Shown here: piece by piece, positions 48,885-59,732 of the stretch
Layout of the letters: each line of letters opens with the position of its first letter
Position numbering within the stretch: position 1 is the stretch's first letter
Source of the DNA: Leptospiraceae bacterium
Lineage (GTDB): Bacteria; Spirochaetota; Leptospiria; Leptospirales; Leptonemataceae
Direction of reading: 5' to 3'
DNA length: 64,000 bases
NCBI GenBank assembly: GCA_040217195.1
Contig: JAVJNR010000008.1
Span: 160,001 to 224,000 of the forward strand
The notes under the pieces: model-generated
Told to the model about the DNA's origin: nothing
Databases searched by the model: none
The model's input: the letters and a program-made list of their open reading frames with translations, nothing else
Translations under genes and position numbers: made by a program

Positions 48885-49048
48885 CTCCGGGACTGGGTAA
48901 CCTGCACCAGGTTGCCTGGATAGCTCATCTGAGCTGATCTTACTGCGAGCCCGGGCCCCGCCAGGCCATCTTTAGAATCCAACTCAACAGATAGAGTTTT
49001 CAAAGGGCCGATGGAATTTAACGATGGATTTTGAACTCAGCAGGATTC

Positions 49049-50182
49049 TTACCAGCTTCCCGAAGCGCCTCCACCCCCGAAGCTACCTCCGCCGCCGCTA
49101 AAACTGCTTCCGGAAGAAAAGGAAGAGGAATAAGAAGATCCGCTGGAATAGCTACTACCGCTGTAAGAACCGGACGTGGACATATCCGGTTCCCATTTTT
49201 TGGACAGTTCCTTGCCCTGGTCTGTAAGCTGAAATAGTAGTCGAATGGCCACCGTGCCGCCAAGAAAAGCGATTAGCAAAAGCCAGAAGGTGAGGCTGCC
49301 TATGTCTGCATCCATTGCACCGGTAAATATAGAAGCTCCTATGAATCCAGGAATCCAGCCGATGGCTGCCAGAAAAACCCATCCTGTGGCCCCTTCGCTA
49401 AAGAACATGGCCCGTACAAAGAACTGGGTAATCCAGATAACAAAGGCGCCGATTCCGAGCATGAAAACAACGCCAATAGCAATGGAAACCCAGTCGCCAA
49501 AACTACGACCTTCGGAAGTGTCCGGTGTGGAAGCTGAGGGTTCTGTTGAGTCCTGAGTCGTGGCCGGCTCAGATCCGGAGGTGACTCCAGAAATGGATGT
49601 TGTATCTGTGGCTGGTTCTTGCTCGCCAATGACCGTACCAGAAAAGCTGCCGGTGCCGGACAGTTCATCGCTGGCATCCGAGGCTACAGGACTTCCCAGG
49701 CGGTGGAGTATCTCGGAAACACCGTAAAGGATTCCCTCGCCGAAGTTTCCTTTCTTAAACTCGGGTACAATTCGATTGTCAATAATCCGGCCGGAATGAA
49801 GGTCTGTGAGAGTTCCTTCCAGGCCATAGCCTACTTCAATTCGGACTTTCCGATCATTCTTTGCTACCAGCAGAAGTACACCGTTATCCTTCCCCTTCTG
49901 GCCAATTTTCCATTTTTCCACTACTCGAATGGAATAGTCTTCGATTTCCAGACCTTCTAGAGACTCCACGGTTAAAACCACAACCTGATCGGTGGTGGCC
50001 TCTTCATGCCTCTGCAGTAATGAGTTCAGTCTGGTTTCAGTGGCAGGAGGGATAATTTCCGCCAGGTCTACTACCCGGCCAGTGAGTTCTGGTAGATCAT
50101 CCTCGGGTTTAGGATCGCAGGCAGCAAGCATCAGACCGGCAATGATACAGGATAGTAGGGCCTTTTTCATGGAGACAATCAA
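49049..50182 (-). CDS. TPM-domain (YgcG-like) membrane protein
   Basis: GRVVDLA, WKIGQKGKDNGVLLLVA, RIEVGYGLEG, C-terminal GGGGSFGGGGASGSW. Confidence 0.92.
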   Translation of the reverse strand: MIVSMKKALLSCIIAGLMLAACDPKPEDDLPELTGRVVDLAEIIPPATETRLNSLLQRHEEATTDQVVVLTVESLEGLEIEDYSIRVVEKWKIGQKGKDNGVLLLVAKNDRKVRIEVGYGLEGTLTDLHSGRIIDNRIVPEFKKGNFGEGILYGVSEILHRLGSPVASDASDELSGTGSFSGTVIGEQEPATDTTSISGVTSGSEPATTQDSTEPSASTPDTSEGRSFGDWVSIAIGVVFMLGIGAFVIWITQFFVRAMFFSEGATGWVFLAAIGWIPGFIGASIFTGAMDADIGSLTFWLLLIAFLGGTVAIRLLFQLTDQGKELSKKWEPDMSTSGSYSGSSYSSGSSYSSSFSSGSSFSGGGGSFGGGGASGSW

Positions 50183-50264
50183 TGTCCAAAAATTTGCAGG
50201 CGGTCAACCGAATTTGAGTCCGGCAGAAATGCCTGTCCCTTAGTTTTTGCCGTGGGTACGGAGC

Positions 50265-50708
50265 TCACTCAAGGCTTTCGCGCATACCAAACATACCCTG
50301 ACCCAGGAAATTCATCACCAGTTTTCCATCCTGGTTTTTCAATTCTGCCATTCCTTTTACTAGACCTATTCCTTTTCGAAAAGGCTTACATTCCGTGATT
50401 CGGAACTGTCCGGTTAGAGTATCTCCGGGCCTCACCGGTCTTTTCCAGCGAAGCTGATCTACTCCAGGGCTGCCCATGCTGGCTGCTTTGTTTAGTATAG
50501 CATCTACATAAAGTCGCATGCAGATAGAAGCTGTATGCCAGCCACTGGCAATTATTCCTCCGAACATGGATTGCTGAGCTGCCTCTTCATCAATATGAAA
50601 TGGCTGTGGATCATATTTCCTGGCAAATTCCAGGATCTCTTCTTCGGTTACAGTGTAGGCCCCCAGTTCATATACGGATCCTACTTCCATGTCTTCAAAG
50701 TACATCAT
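50265..50708 (-). CDS. MaoC-family dehydratase
   Basis: YFED, FARKYDPQPFHID, IASGWHT, PVRPGDTL. Confidence 0.9.
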   Translation of the reverse strand: MMYFEDMEVGSVYELGAYTVTEEEILEFARKYDPQPFHIDEEAAQQSMFGGIIASGWHTASICMRLYVDAILNKAASMGSPGVDQLRWKRPVRPGDTLTGQFRITECKPFRKGIGLVKGMAELKNQDGKLVMNFLGQGMFGMRESLE

Positions 50709-50837
50709 TGTCTTAGTCTCGGGAGTGCAAATCAGGCCGCAAGCAACATAATGATAGTTACAGACTCCGGGGTTGATACAGGCAGTCCGTAAATAATGCC
50801 GGCTTGACAACAAGGGGCCCCCCGTTAACTAAAGGGA

Positions 50838-51926
50838 GTGTCTCAAGGTCATAATGTACAGGAGTTCTCTGGATTGGCAGGACTCTTTATCAAGGAGCTG
50901 GATCTTTATCCGGTTATCCTGGGACCGGGGCAAAGAATAAGGGCCGTATCTGGCAGATTGCTCAGGCGAATGGGATTTCGTCAGGAGGATGTCCAGGGAG
51001 CTACAATTCTAAAGATTCTTGGCATTGAATCCTTTCAGGAATTATTTCTTCGCTCCATGGACTGGAGCAAACCACTGAAGAACTACAGAATCAAGTTGCG
51101 CGATCAAGAGCATGGTCATCGTCTATATCAACTATCTGCCTTCCAGAAATCCGAAAATGGTCAGGACTACTACTATCTTCTATTTCAAGACATAGAACTT
51201 CCAGGAGCCAATCTATCTACAGGATTCTTTGAGAAAGGGGTGAAAAGTCATGAGATTTTGAAACCCTATGTATCCAGCCATCTGGCCCACCGTGCCCGTA
51301 GTGCAAGTATGGCCGGGCTGGATCACATACCCAACGAAGAAAGAGAGTTCACTTTTCTGTTCGCAGACCTTGTAAGCTATACGTCTATTGCAGAGCGTAC
51401 CAGTCCAGAGGCAATACTGGAAATGCTAAATACATCGATTGGTGCTGCTTCTTCGATAATACTTCACAATCATGGCTTTGTGGATAAGATTATGGGAGAC
51501 TCCATATTTGCTGTATTTGAGAATCCGGTGAATGCACTTCTTTCTGCCATTGAGATGCAAAAACAGTTCAATCTTTTGAATCTTTTTAGATTAAAAAGCG
51601 GCGAGGAAGAAATTAGCATTCGTGTGGGAATTCATACTGGAGAGTGTATTCTGGGTAGTATTGGAGGAGATGGCTTTCTGGAGCTAACCTTCATTGGGGA
51701 TGCTGTGAATACAGCTTCCAGGCTGGAAAAGGCCTGCAAACCATCTGCAATCATGGTGTCTGAAAAAACGGCTACCATGGTAGGAGAGACGGCAGAATAT
51801 CTGGAAACTGTGGAGCTTTCTGCCAAAGGTAAAACAGAGCCATTAAAAGCCCAGTATCTGAATCGTCTGGAATTTGAAGGTCCTAAAGGCAAGGTCTCGA
51901 TTGGACTGGATGATGATCTGTTTTAG
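50838..51926 (+). CDS. PAS-like + class III adenylate cyclase
   Basis: FADLVSYT, VDKIMGD, GDAVNTASRLE. Confidence 0.88.
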   Translation: MSQGHNVQEFSGLAGLFIKELDLYPVILGPGQRIRAVSGRLLRRMGFRQEDVQGATILKILGIESFQELFLRSMDWSKPLKNYRIKLRDQEHGHRLYQLSAFQKSENGQDYYYLLFQDIELPGANLSTGFFEKGVKSHEILKPYVSSHLAHRARSASMAGLDHIPNEEREFTFLFADLVSYTSIAERTSPEAILEMLNTSIGAASSIILHNHGFVDKIMGDSIFAVFENPVNALLSAIEMQKQFNLLNLFRLKSGEEEISIRVGIHTGECILGSIGGDGFLELTFIGDAVNTASRLEKACKPSAIMVSEKTATMVGETAEYLETVELSAKGKTEPLKAQYLNRLEFEGPKGKVSIGLDDDLF

Positions 51927-51981
51927 TTGATCGGGCCATTTCCATGGCCAGTTGGAGCAACAATATAAATCGGCTTAAGTA

Positions 51982-52476
51982 ATGGAACCGGGTGTAAAAG
52001 CTGCCATTCGATTCTGTCCAGTTCAGGGATACCAGAATGTACTGGATCATATGAATAGTCTAAATGAAACCCAGCTATTCGAACTATGCGGTTCTCTTTA
52101 CTCCTATCCATTCAGTGAACAGGAGTTCCTGGAAGATGTTCGGTTCCTCAATTATCCAGAAGGCCTGTATGGGTATGCAGAGGGAAAGGATGCCTTTCTA
52201 CAGGTGCGAAAGTGTCAGGGAGCAGAAGCAATTCTTGCCTCGGTATTCGTTTCTTCGGCACTTCGTGGGCGGGGGATGGGAGAACGACTTCTAATGCACT
52301 GTCTGGATTATCTCAGACAAAACGGCATAGGGAAGGTTAGACTGAATGTATTTTCTCATAATCCGGCTTTGAGGCTTTATAAATCCCTGGGCTTCTCTAT
52401 AAGAGGAAGTCGGGCCGGTTATTTTCCGGATGGAAGACCGCTTAAAAAACTCTTTATGGAAAAGCAGATTCTATAG
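51982..52476 (+). CDS. GNAT acetyltransferase
   Basis: RGRGMG, LNVFSHN, LYKSLGF. Confidence 0.85.
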   Translation: MEPGVKAAIRFCPVQGYQNVLDHMNSLNETQLFELCGSLYSYPFSEQEFLEDVRFLNYPEGLYGYAEGKDAFLQVRKCQGAEAILASVFVSSALRGRGMGERLLMHCLDYLRQNGIGKVRLNVFSHNPALRLYKSLGFSIRGSRAGYFPDGRPLKKLFMEKQIL

Positions 52477-52522
52477 CCTTGAATTTCGATTGCTTCGCGC
52501 CCGGGGCGTCGTCAATTCAGCT

Positions 52523-52912
52523 ATGGCAGATACACATAGCAAAACTCTGGGATATCTTCTGTGGATTTTCGGATTTACAGGAGCACACAGGTTTTATTAC
52601 GGAAAGCCCATAACCGGAATCATCTGGCTCTACACCGGTGGACTTTTTCTCATTGGCTGGATCGTTGATTTCTTTCTTATTCCCGGAATGGATGCCAGTG
52701 CTGATCGAAAGTTCGTGGATGGACGCTACAGCTATGGCACTGCCTGGATACTACTTACCTTCCTGGGCCTTTTTGGAATTCATCGCTTCTATATGGGTAA
52801 GCCAATTACTGGAATTATCTGGCTGCTCACCGGAGGCCTGTTTACCCTTGGATACGCCTATGACTATTGCACATTGAACGGTCAGCTGGCCGAGCTAAAT
52901 GGCGAAGGCTGA
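52523..52912 (+). CDS. TM2/NINE-domain membrane protein (duplicated domain)
   Basis: GAHRFYYGKPITG and GIHRFYMGKPITG. Confidence 0.9.
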   Translation: MADTHSKTLGYLLWIFGFTGAHRFYYGKPITGIIWLYTGGLFLIGWIVDFFLIPGMDASADRKFVDGRYSYGTAWILLTFLGLFGIHRFYMGKPITGIIWLLTGGLFTLGYAYDYCTLNGQLAELNGEG

Positions 52913-52992
52913 GTCGTAATAAAACAAATTTTACAAAGATTCAGGTAAGCCTCATTATCCAGGGAGTGGAGCATGTTTGCCTTTTTTGCGAA

Positions 52993-53979
52993 TCAGGGCT
53001 CCACAAGATCCAGGTAAGCCGGTCTTGCCAGTCCATTCAGAAAGAAGCCATTATGCCCACCGTGTCGGGTGAGTATCAGGTTAATGTTTGGATTATCGGC
53101 CAGGGATTCCACTTCTTCCGTTGCAATGATTGGATCATCCTCGGCAGATAGGATAGTAAGCGGAACATTTATCCTGGCAGTATGCTCCGGTCGGACGGTA
53201 TAGCTCTGGAAGTAGTGGGATGCATCGTCATAGCGAGAATAGCTACGAACAACCCGATCTGTAAGAGTTAATACATCCACAGCTTCGGACAATTTTCCAA
53301 AGCTGTAGGTGTCCGGAAAATGACTCTCTTTCAGTTTTAATGACTCAAACCATTTCTTTAGAAAGTACCGGGCAAGAATGGGATGACTGTCCAGCAACCT
53401 TGTGGTCTTTTCAGGATCCACTGCCGGCGATATGGCATATAGATGGGCAAGACCCGGGATTTTCTTCTTTGCCTGGCTATGGCTACCGGCGATTCGGATG
53501 GTAAAGTTTCCGCCCATGGAGAAGCCGGCCACAATCGTTCGAACCGAATCTGTGCCTGCGAATTCTTCCTGCCAGAAATTTACAGCCTGTAGAAGCACAT
53601 CGTATACTTCATGGATGAGCGAACCATTGAACAATCCTTCATTGAGATGATGAGTGGGTCCGTGATCTCGAAGATTCAGGCGAAATACATCCCATCCTTT
53701 CCCGTACAGCTCCTTTCCCAGGCGCAAAACATAAGCTGAGTCACTACTACCTTCCCAGCCATGAATGAGTATTGCCAGACTACGTTGAGATTCCATGGCC
53801 CGGGACTGCAGATCGAACAATCCATACAGCTTTACATTTCTGTCTTCCTGAGGACAGAAAGCTTCGAATAGATAGCCTCCGGGATCTCTAGAAATGAGCC
53901 CTGACTTGCCCCGGGATGCCAGGGCGGACTGAATCATGGGATGCCGGATCCATAGTTTGGGTGTACTGTCCAGATTCAT
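52993..53979 (-). CDS. YheT-like alpha/beta hydrolase
   Basis: HGWEGSS, GFSMGG, DDP, GGHNGF. Confidence 0.88.
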   Translation of the reverse strand: MNLDSTPKLWIRHPMIQSALASRGKSGLISRDPGGYLFEAFCPQEDRNVKLYGLFDLQSRAMESQRSLAILIHGWEGSSDSAYVLRLGKELYGKGWDVFRLNLRDHGPTHHLNEGLFNGSLIHEVYDVLLQAVNFWQEEFAGTDSVRTIVAGFSMGGNFTIRIAGSHSQAKKKIPGLAHLYAISPAVDPEKTTRLLDSHPILARYFLKKWFESLKLKESHFPDTYSFGKLSEAVDVLTLTDRVVRSYSRYDDASHYFQSYTVRPEHTARINVPLTILSAEDDPIIATEEVESLADNPNINLILTRHGGHNGFFLNGLARPAYLDLVEP

Positions 53980-54048
53980 GCTGCTTGCGGTCAGTTCCTC
54001 ATTCTGCGATATTCTTGCAAGTTTAAGTGAATCTGCTGGACTGGGCCT

Positions 54049-55047
54049 GTGCGAGTCCTTTGCCTGGTTCTGTTGCTTTCAAGTTGTGGCGGTGCTGTAA
54101 GCGCCGATGAACCATTGATTCCGGCCTTTACGGATCATCCTGCGAAAATCATTTATCTAGATGAAGAGGGCCACAGGGCACTGGAAACGGATTACACTCA
54201 GGGCGAATTCTTCGAAGATGGTCTGGCCAGAGTTTGCAATGAGAGATGTGGCTACATCGATACCGACGGAGAGCAAAGATTTGGCTTTGACTTTGATTGG
54301 ATAGGCTACAGATCCGAAGGTTACATTTCTTACTGCAAAAATTCAAAATGCGGATTTCTGGATCTTCAGGGCAAGGTGGTCATACCGCCTGAATTCGAAG
54401 ATGTGCAGAATTACTCTGAGGGTCTGGCCGCAGCGAAGAAAAATGGGCTCTGGGGATTCATTGATAAAAAGGGAAACTGGTCTATTTCCCCTCGCTATGG
54501 TTCAGTTCTGCCTTTTTCTGAAAATCGCGCTTCTGTACAGGATCCGAAGCCTCCTCATCTATTTGGCATAATCGATACCAGGGGAAGAGTTGTACTCAAG
54601 TTCAAGCATCAGAAGATTTTTCCGTTTTCGGGAGGACAGGCCAGGTTCTTTCACTGGGACCGATTCGGGTACTTGAATCTATCCGGCACGATGGAGCTTC
54701 CAGCCTCCCTGGAATGGGCCCAGGATCCTGTTTCCGGTCTTTCATATTTCGTGCATGAGAATACTCAGGGCTTTAGACTGGGAGCTGATACGGTGCTTTC
54801 CCTGGGCTGCCCCGGAGGTTCGGACTTTTCTGCTCAGGAACCAGTGGTTGCTCTGGTTCAAAACTGCCAGTCCGGTCTATTCCAGTATATTGATGGAAAA
54901 GGAAAAGTATGGAAAGGCGGATACGAAGAGGCAACCCGGTTTCGCAATGGATTTGCACTGGCGCGAAAGAAAGGAGAAAAGCACTTTCTATTGATCAATG
55001 CAAAAGGAAAAGAATATCCTGTTGAAGGGATTCGTCCTGCCTGGTAG
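54049..55047 (+). CDS. WG-repeat lipoprotein
   Basis: Repeated FSEGLA...WGFIDKKG-like units; lipobox LLSSC. Confidence 0.85.
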   Translation: MRVLCLVLLLSSCGGAVSADEPLIPAFTDHPAKIIYLDEEGHRALETDYTQGEFFEDGLARVCNERCGYIDTDGEQRFGFDFDWIGYRSEGYISYCKNSKCGFLDLQGKVVIPPEFEDVQNYSEGLAAAKKNGLWGFIDKKGNWSISPRYGSVLPFSENRASVQDPKPPHLFGIIDTRGRVVLKFKHQKIFPFSGGQARFFHWDRFGYLNLSGTMELPASLEWAQDPVSGLSYFVHENTQGFRLGADTVLSLGCPGGSDFSAQEPVVALVQNCQSGLFQYIDGKGKVWKGGYEEATRFRNGFALARKKGEKHFLLINAKGKEYPVEGIRPAW

Positions 55048-55054
55048 GAATTGT

Positions 55055-56098
55055 TTAGTGAATCACCTCAATACTGTAATCCAGCATTTTCTTTTTCTTG
55101 AATCGAAATGTTGCATGCACCTTCTTTCCCATGAGTACATAAGGAAGCCAGAATCGGTCATCCTCCCACATTTGATCGAATGGTAATTCATGAATATTGT
55201 ACCATTGTGGTTTCATCTCCGCTGTTTCCTCTGGCTGGCCCGAGAATTTGTGAGTGGTAAACAGAAAGCCTTCAATTCGTCTGGGATCATCATCAAAATG
55301 GAAATATAGCTTACCTGCCGGTTTTAGCCGGGAAGCCTTCAGTTTACATTCTTCCTGGATCTCCCTTGCAGCTGCCTGCACAGGCTTTTCCCCGGTTTCG
55401 ATTTTTCCTCCAAAGCCATTCCAGTAACCTTTTCCAAAGCCTTTTTTCTTGAGTCCCAGCAATACCTGATCCTTGTTAAAGATAAAACTCAAAGTGGCCC
55501 TGGTTATGGAGAATTCTGGTAGTGCAAAGGGGCTTTGATGCTTGCGATCGGCCGGCCCATCTTCCAGGATTTCAGCTTCATTCTCCAGATACTTTCTGGC
55601 AGTCAAGGCGCAGAGATAGGCATCAATGTAGTCACCGTAGAACTTTCGCTTTCTTCTTTCTTGAAAAAGAGCCAGGGGCAAGGAGGCTTCCAGGCCAAAC
55701 AATCGATCCGAAATGGCCGAAGGATAAGTTTCCAGAAGAATGGAATCAGGAAAGTGCATGGCCATGGATCGATGGATTGTTTCACTGTTTATCATCCAGT
55801 GCTGCGAATTCGGCCGTTTGGCTGGAGTGTAAAGCACTCGATAGCCCCGACGGGCCAGCTCTGCTTCGCTTTCACGAATGGAATTCCGGGCACGAAAGGA
55901 GCGAGCTGGACCATCCACAGCAATACATTTCAGTTTTCTATTTCTATGGGCAAGATGGATTTCCAGAAGCGATATTAACTCTTGCGGCTGCCGGGCATGG
56001 GCAAACAGCTCTACTGTATCCTTTCCTAAAATGCACAGGTGAAATCCCTTTTTCTCACCACCTACATCTATACCGCATACAAATCCTTCTTCAGCCAT
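55055..56098 (-). CDS. DUF429 (RNase H-like) + NUDIX (MTH1-like 8-oxo-dGTPase) fusion
   Basis: GIDVG, AVDGP, ETYP, DYIDAYLCA; Nudix box GGKIETGEKPVQAAAREIQEE, MWEDDRFWLP. Confidence 0.78.
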   Translation of the reverse strand: MAEEGFVCGIDVGGEKKGFHLCILGKDTVELFAHARQPQELISLLEIHLAHRNRKLKCIAVDGPARSFRARNSIRESEAELARRGYRVLYTPAKRPNSQHWMINSETIHRSMAMHFPDSILLETYPSAISDRLFGLEASLPLALFQERRKRKFYGDYIDAYLCALTARKYLENEAEILEDGPADRKHQSPFALPEFSITRATLSFIFNKDQVLLGLKKKGFGKGYWNGFGGKIETGEKPVQAAAREIQEECKLKASRLKPAGKLYFHFDDDPRRIEGFLFTTHKFSGQPEETAEMKPQWYNIHELPFDQMWEDDRFWLPYVLMGKKVHATFRFKKKKMLDYSIEVIH

Positions 56099-56171
56099 GA
56101 GGACCAGTTCAGCCAGGTTAGCAGCAGCAAAAACCACTTTCCTTGCATGATCCGGAAAGGAATTCTGGAGT

Positions 56172-56597
56172 ATGCATACCGTATTTGTGTACGGGACATT
56201 AAAGCGAGGCTTTCGACTGCATCACTACATGAAGGGATGCGATTTTCTGGGAGAGGGATTTCTGGACGGTTACCGGCTGCATCGCATTACCTGGTATCCG
56301 GCTATCCGACCGGCTCCAGAGTCCAGGGTGTTCGGTGAGCTATTCCAGGTGGCCGAGAAGCATCTGGATATCCTGGATGAAGTAGAAGACCGGGGTATCC
56401 TTTACGAGCGATACACTGAAACGGTTCATCTGCTGACCAATCCAGAAGTTCATGCGGATTCACAGATCCTTGCAGCAATGACTGCGAATGATCCGCAAAT
56501 CCGGTCGCTTTCAGCATTCGTTTATGTTTATATGCATCCTCTGGACGGAGGCGTGATTGAAGACGGCCGGTTTACGCTAGCCCATGGACAGGATTAG
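56172..56597 (+). CDS. Gamma-glutamylcyclotransferase (AIG2-like)
   Basis: VFVYGTLK, YPA, VFGELF, LDEVE, YER. Confidence 0.88.
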   Translation: MHTVFVYGTLKRGFRLHHYMKGCDFLGEGFLDGYRLHRITWYPAIRPAPESRVFGELFQVAEKHLDILDEVEDRGILYERYTETVHLLTNPEVHADSQILAAMTANDPQIRSLSAFVYVYMHPLDGGVIEDGRFTLAHGQD

Positions 56598-57502
56598 TTG
56601 GACGGTTGATCCGCAGGCTCTTCCTTTCTGGCTTTCGGATAGTTGCTTTCATCCAGGGGACGAATGTGAACCTTACCTTCTGCATCGAGTAGAGCCGTTT
56701 CGAATTCCTTCTTTAGCTCCTGTTCACCTGCATAGGTATCTTCCAGAAGTATTAATCCCTGAATGGCCTGAAATCGTGCCACCCTCAGTCTTTGAATTGC
56801 AGCTTCCGGTTTTTCCTGAAGCAATCCTTCCGCCTGCTGTGCAGTTTTGAGCGAAAGTTTGAGCAGGTTGCGTCCCTTGTTTAGCTTTCGACTGGAAATG
56901 GATGTAGATGAAAATTGGGACTCACCCATCAGTCCCTGAATTCGATCACTTAATCGGCCCAGAATGATGTCAGTGTTTTCACTCATGGCTCGCCCATAGG
57001 CGGACAGGGCCTCTCTTTGCTTTTGAATACAGCTACGCACCGTGTTCAGAGCGCTGGGAATCTCATTTCTGGAGTAATGTAAATAGGCATTGGCCGGACA
57101 ATCGGATAACTCATTGCTTTTCTTAGGGGTCTGAGTTTCCGCATCCACAGGCTCACCGGGATTGTTTTCACTTTTTCCCGATGTAAGGTTGGACGGACTT
57201 CCGAAGTTCTCGTCCAGGACATTCAGCATATGCCTGTAATCCTGACTTAAAGAGTACAGCTCTCTGTATTCAATCCTGGCATGATGCAATTCCAGGGTAG
57301 AAGGTGACGATTCACCGGAATCCACGGTGGAAGGCTCCGAACTGGAATCGGTTTTGCCATTGCTCGGAGTACTGGCCGGTGTGCTCGGTGAAGCATTTTC
57401 GGTTTCTGGAACTGTAGTACTCTCGGCCCGAAGTCCACCCACTACCAGAAGGGCGACTAGAATCAAGGCCGCAGGCCCGTTGTATTTCCTGCGGATTTGC
57501 AT
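56594..57502 (-). CDS. Hypothetical exported protein
   Basis: Signal-like N-terminus, Ser/Thr/Pro linker, helical body. Confidence 0.6.
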   Translation of the reverse strand: MQIRRKYNGPAALILVALLVVGGLRAESTTVPETENASPSTPASTPSNGKTDSSSEPSTVDSGESSPSTLELHHARIEYRELYSLSQDYRHMLNVLDENFGSPSNLTSGKSENNPGEPVDAETQTPKKSNELSDCPANAYLHYSRNEIPSALNTVRSCIQKQREALSAYGRAMSENTDIILGRLSDRIQGLMGESQFSSTSISSRKLNKGRNLLKLSLKTAQQAEGLLQEKPEAAIQRLRVARFQAIQGLILLEDTYAGEQELKKEFETALLDAEGKVHIRPLDESNYPKARKEEPADQPSN

Positions 57503-57588
57503 AATATACTATATCGGCATAAGAAATAAAAACTTATGGCAAGCAGGAAATGGTTTTTCCGGCTCCCGTTTATTCATTTTCTGACCTT

Positions 57589-59187
57589 ATGTCCTTGAAT
57601 GCGCCAGAAAACAATGAAACAAGCAGTGAACCAGAAATTACCGAAGATGATCTTTCCCATAAGCTGACGCTACGGACCCTTCGAATCGACGATTACGACG
57701 ATGTTCAGGAAATAATGAACCTGGTGTATAACCGGATGGGAGGCGCCTGGTCCAGGGAAGAGATCTCTGTGCTACTGAATCGTTTTCCGGAAGGTCAAAT
57801 CTGCATTGAGGATAAGGGCAAGGTCGTTGCCTGCGCTCTATGCCTCATCGTCAACTATGCCAGGTTTGGCGATAACCATACCTACGACGAAATTACCGGT
57901 TACAATCGACTGGATACTCATGATCCTTCCGCAGATACTCTCTATGGAATCGATCTATTCGTTCATCCAGAATACAGAGGTCTGAGGCTGGGGCGACGAC
58001 TGTACGATGCCAGAAAACTATTGTGCGAAGAAAAGAACCTTAGGCGAATCATCACTGGAGGCCGAATCCCAGGATACAACAAGCACTCGGATAAGCTCAG
58101 CGTACAGGAATACATAAATCGAGTGCGAAATGGCGAGATCTACGATCCTGTTCTTAGCTTCCAACTGGCCAATGATTTTCATGTACGCAAGGTACTTCGC
58201 AGGTATATTCCGGAGGATGAGGATTCCCGCTCCTATGCTACTCTTCTGGAATGGATTAACATCTATTATGAAAATCGGGAAGGCAGACGGGACTCTTATT
58301 TAAGTTCCAGAAAATCCGTGGTCCGTGTAGGAGCGGTACAATGGCAGATGCGAAGATTCCATTCCATGGAAGATGTGATTGAACAGATGGAATACTTTGT
58401 GGATGCCATTGCTGGCTATAACTCGGACTTTGTGCTTTTTCCAGAGTTCTTCAACGGTCCATTGCTGGCCAACAGTCCTGAAAATCATCCCAGTCAGGCC
58501 ATTCGACACCTGGCAACCTATACCGACGATATGGCTGCCGCCGTTCGCGATCTGGCCGTAGCCTATAACATCAACATTGTGGCTGGATCCATGCCCTGGC
58601 TGGATGAAGAGGGCGGTATAAAGAATGTATCGTATATCTGCCGGCGGGATGGCACCATGGAAAGCCAGGCCAAGATTCACATTACTCCAGATGAAAAGGC
58701 TTACTGGGGACTGCATGGAGGAGATACTCTTAGCGTCTTCGAAACAGATATTGGAAAAGTTGGAGTGCTCATTTGCTACGATGTGGAGTTCCCGGAACTA
58801 TCCAGAGTACTGGCCGAGCAGGGGATGAAGATTCTATTCGTTCCATTCTGGACCGATACAAGAAATGCCTATCTAAGAGTTCGTCGCTGCGCCCAGGCCC
58901 GGGCCATTGAGAATGAATGCTATGTAGTGATTACTGGCAGTGTGGGCAACCTGCCACGGGTGGAGAATATGGATATCCAGTACTCCCAGGCAGCCATGTT
59001 TTCTCCTTCCGATTTTTCCTTTCCCCATGATGCAATTATCGCCGAGGCCACTCCAAATACGGAAATGACCCTTGTAAGCGATCTGGACATGGATCTATTA
59101 AAAGAGCTGCGCTTCCAGGGATCCGTGCAAAATTTCAGGGATCGAAGATTGGATCTGTATCGCATTGACTGGCTAAAGCATGAATAA
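57589..59187 (+). CDS. GNAT + carbon-nitrogen hydrolase (nitrilase family) fusion
   Basis: HPEYRGLRLGRRLY; catalytic triad FPE, QAKIH, ICYDVEFPE. Confidence 0.92.
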   Translation: MSLNAPENNETSSEPEITEDDLSHKLTLRTLRIDDYDDVQEIMNLVYNRMGGAWSREEISVLLNRFPEGQICIEDKGKVVACALCLIVNYARFGDNHTYDEITGYNRLDTHDPSADTLYGIDLFVHPEYRGLRLGRRLYDARKLLCEEKNLRRIITGGRIPGYNKHSDKLSVQEYINRVRNGEIYDPVLSFQLANDFHVRKVLRRYIPEDEDSRSYATLLEWINIYYENREGRRDSYLSSRKSVVRVGAVQWQMRRFHSMEDVIEQMEYFVDAIAGYNSDFVLFPEFFNGPLLANSPENHPSQAIRHLATYTDDMAAAVRDLAVAYNINIVAGSMPWLDEEGGIKNVSYICRRDGTMESQAKIHITPDEKAYWGLHGGDTLSVFETDIGKVGVLICYDVEFPELSRVLAEQGMKILFVPFWTDTRNAYLRVRRCAQARAIENECYVVITGSVGNLPRVENMDIQYSQAAMFSPSDFSFPHDAIIAEATPNTEMTLVSDLDMDLLKELRFQGSVQNFRDRRLDLYRIDWLKHE

Positions 59188-59330
59188 ACAGACATGGCTC
59201 GACCCCGCCTATCGCTACGGTCCGAAGATAGGCGGCATTCAAATCGGATGATTCGGCTCGGAATCCGAAAGCATTCACAAGGTATTGCGTTTCTACTTGA
59301 TGCTTCAGGGGCCTGGCTTAAAGCAGTCCT

Positions 59331-59732
59331 ATGATTACCATCGCCGATTTGATGACCCGGGACCCTGTTACTGTTCGAGAGGATCAAAAGATCCTGGAGG
59401 TGGTTCCTTTATATCAGGAAAAAAGCATTCATCACATTCCAGTTGTAGACCAGCAGGGCGATGTAATCGGAATGCTTTCTTCTAAAGATGTGGAGAATTT
59501 TGTTACTGTAACCAGAATCATTGAAGAGAAGGGAGCGGACGTACTGGTCCAAGAGATCATGACTCAGCCAATATTTTCTTTCTTCGAGGATGTATCGGTT
59601 CAGCAGGCGGCTCTGGCCATGGTGGATAACAAGATTCATGCAATTATTGTGGCAGATCGAAATACAGAGACGATGATTGGAATCGTAACTTCCACAGATC
59701 TACTCATGCATCTGGCTGGACAGAAACCCTGA
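59331..59732 (+). CDS. CBS-domain protein
   Basis: DLMTRDP, IHHIPVVD, IGIVTSTDLL. Confidence 0.9.
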   Translation: MITIADLMTRDPVTVREDQKILEVVPLYQEKSIHHIPVVDQQGDVIGMLSSKDVENFVTVTRIIEEKGADVLVQEIMTQPIFSFFEDVSVQQAALAMVDNKIHAIIVADRNTETMIGIVTSTDLLMHLAGQKP

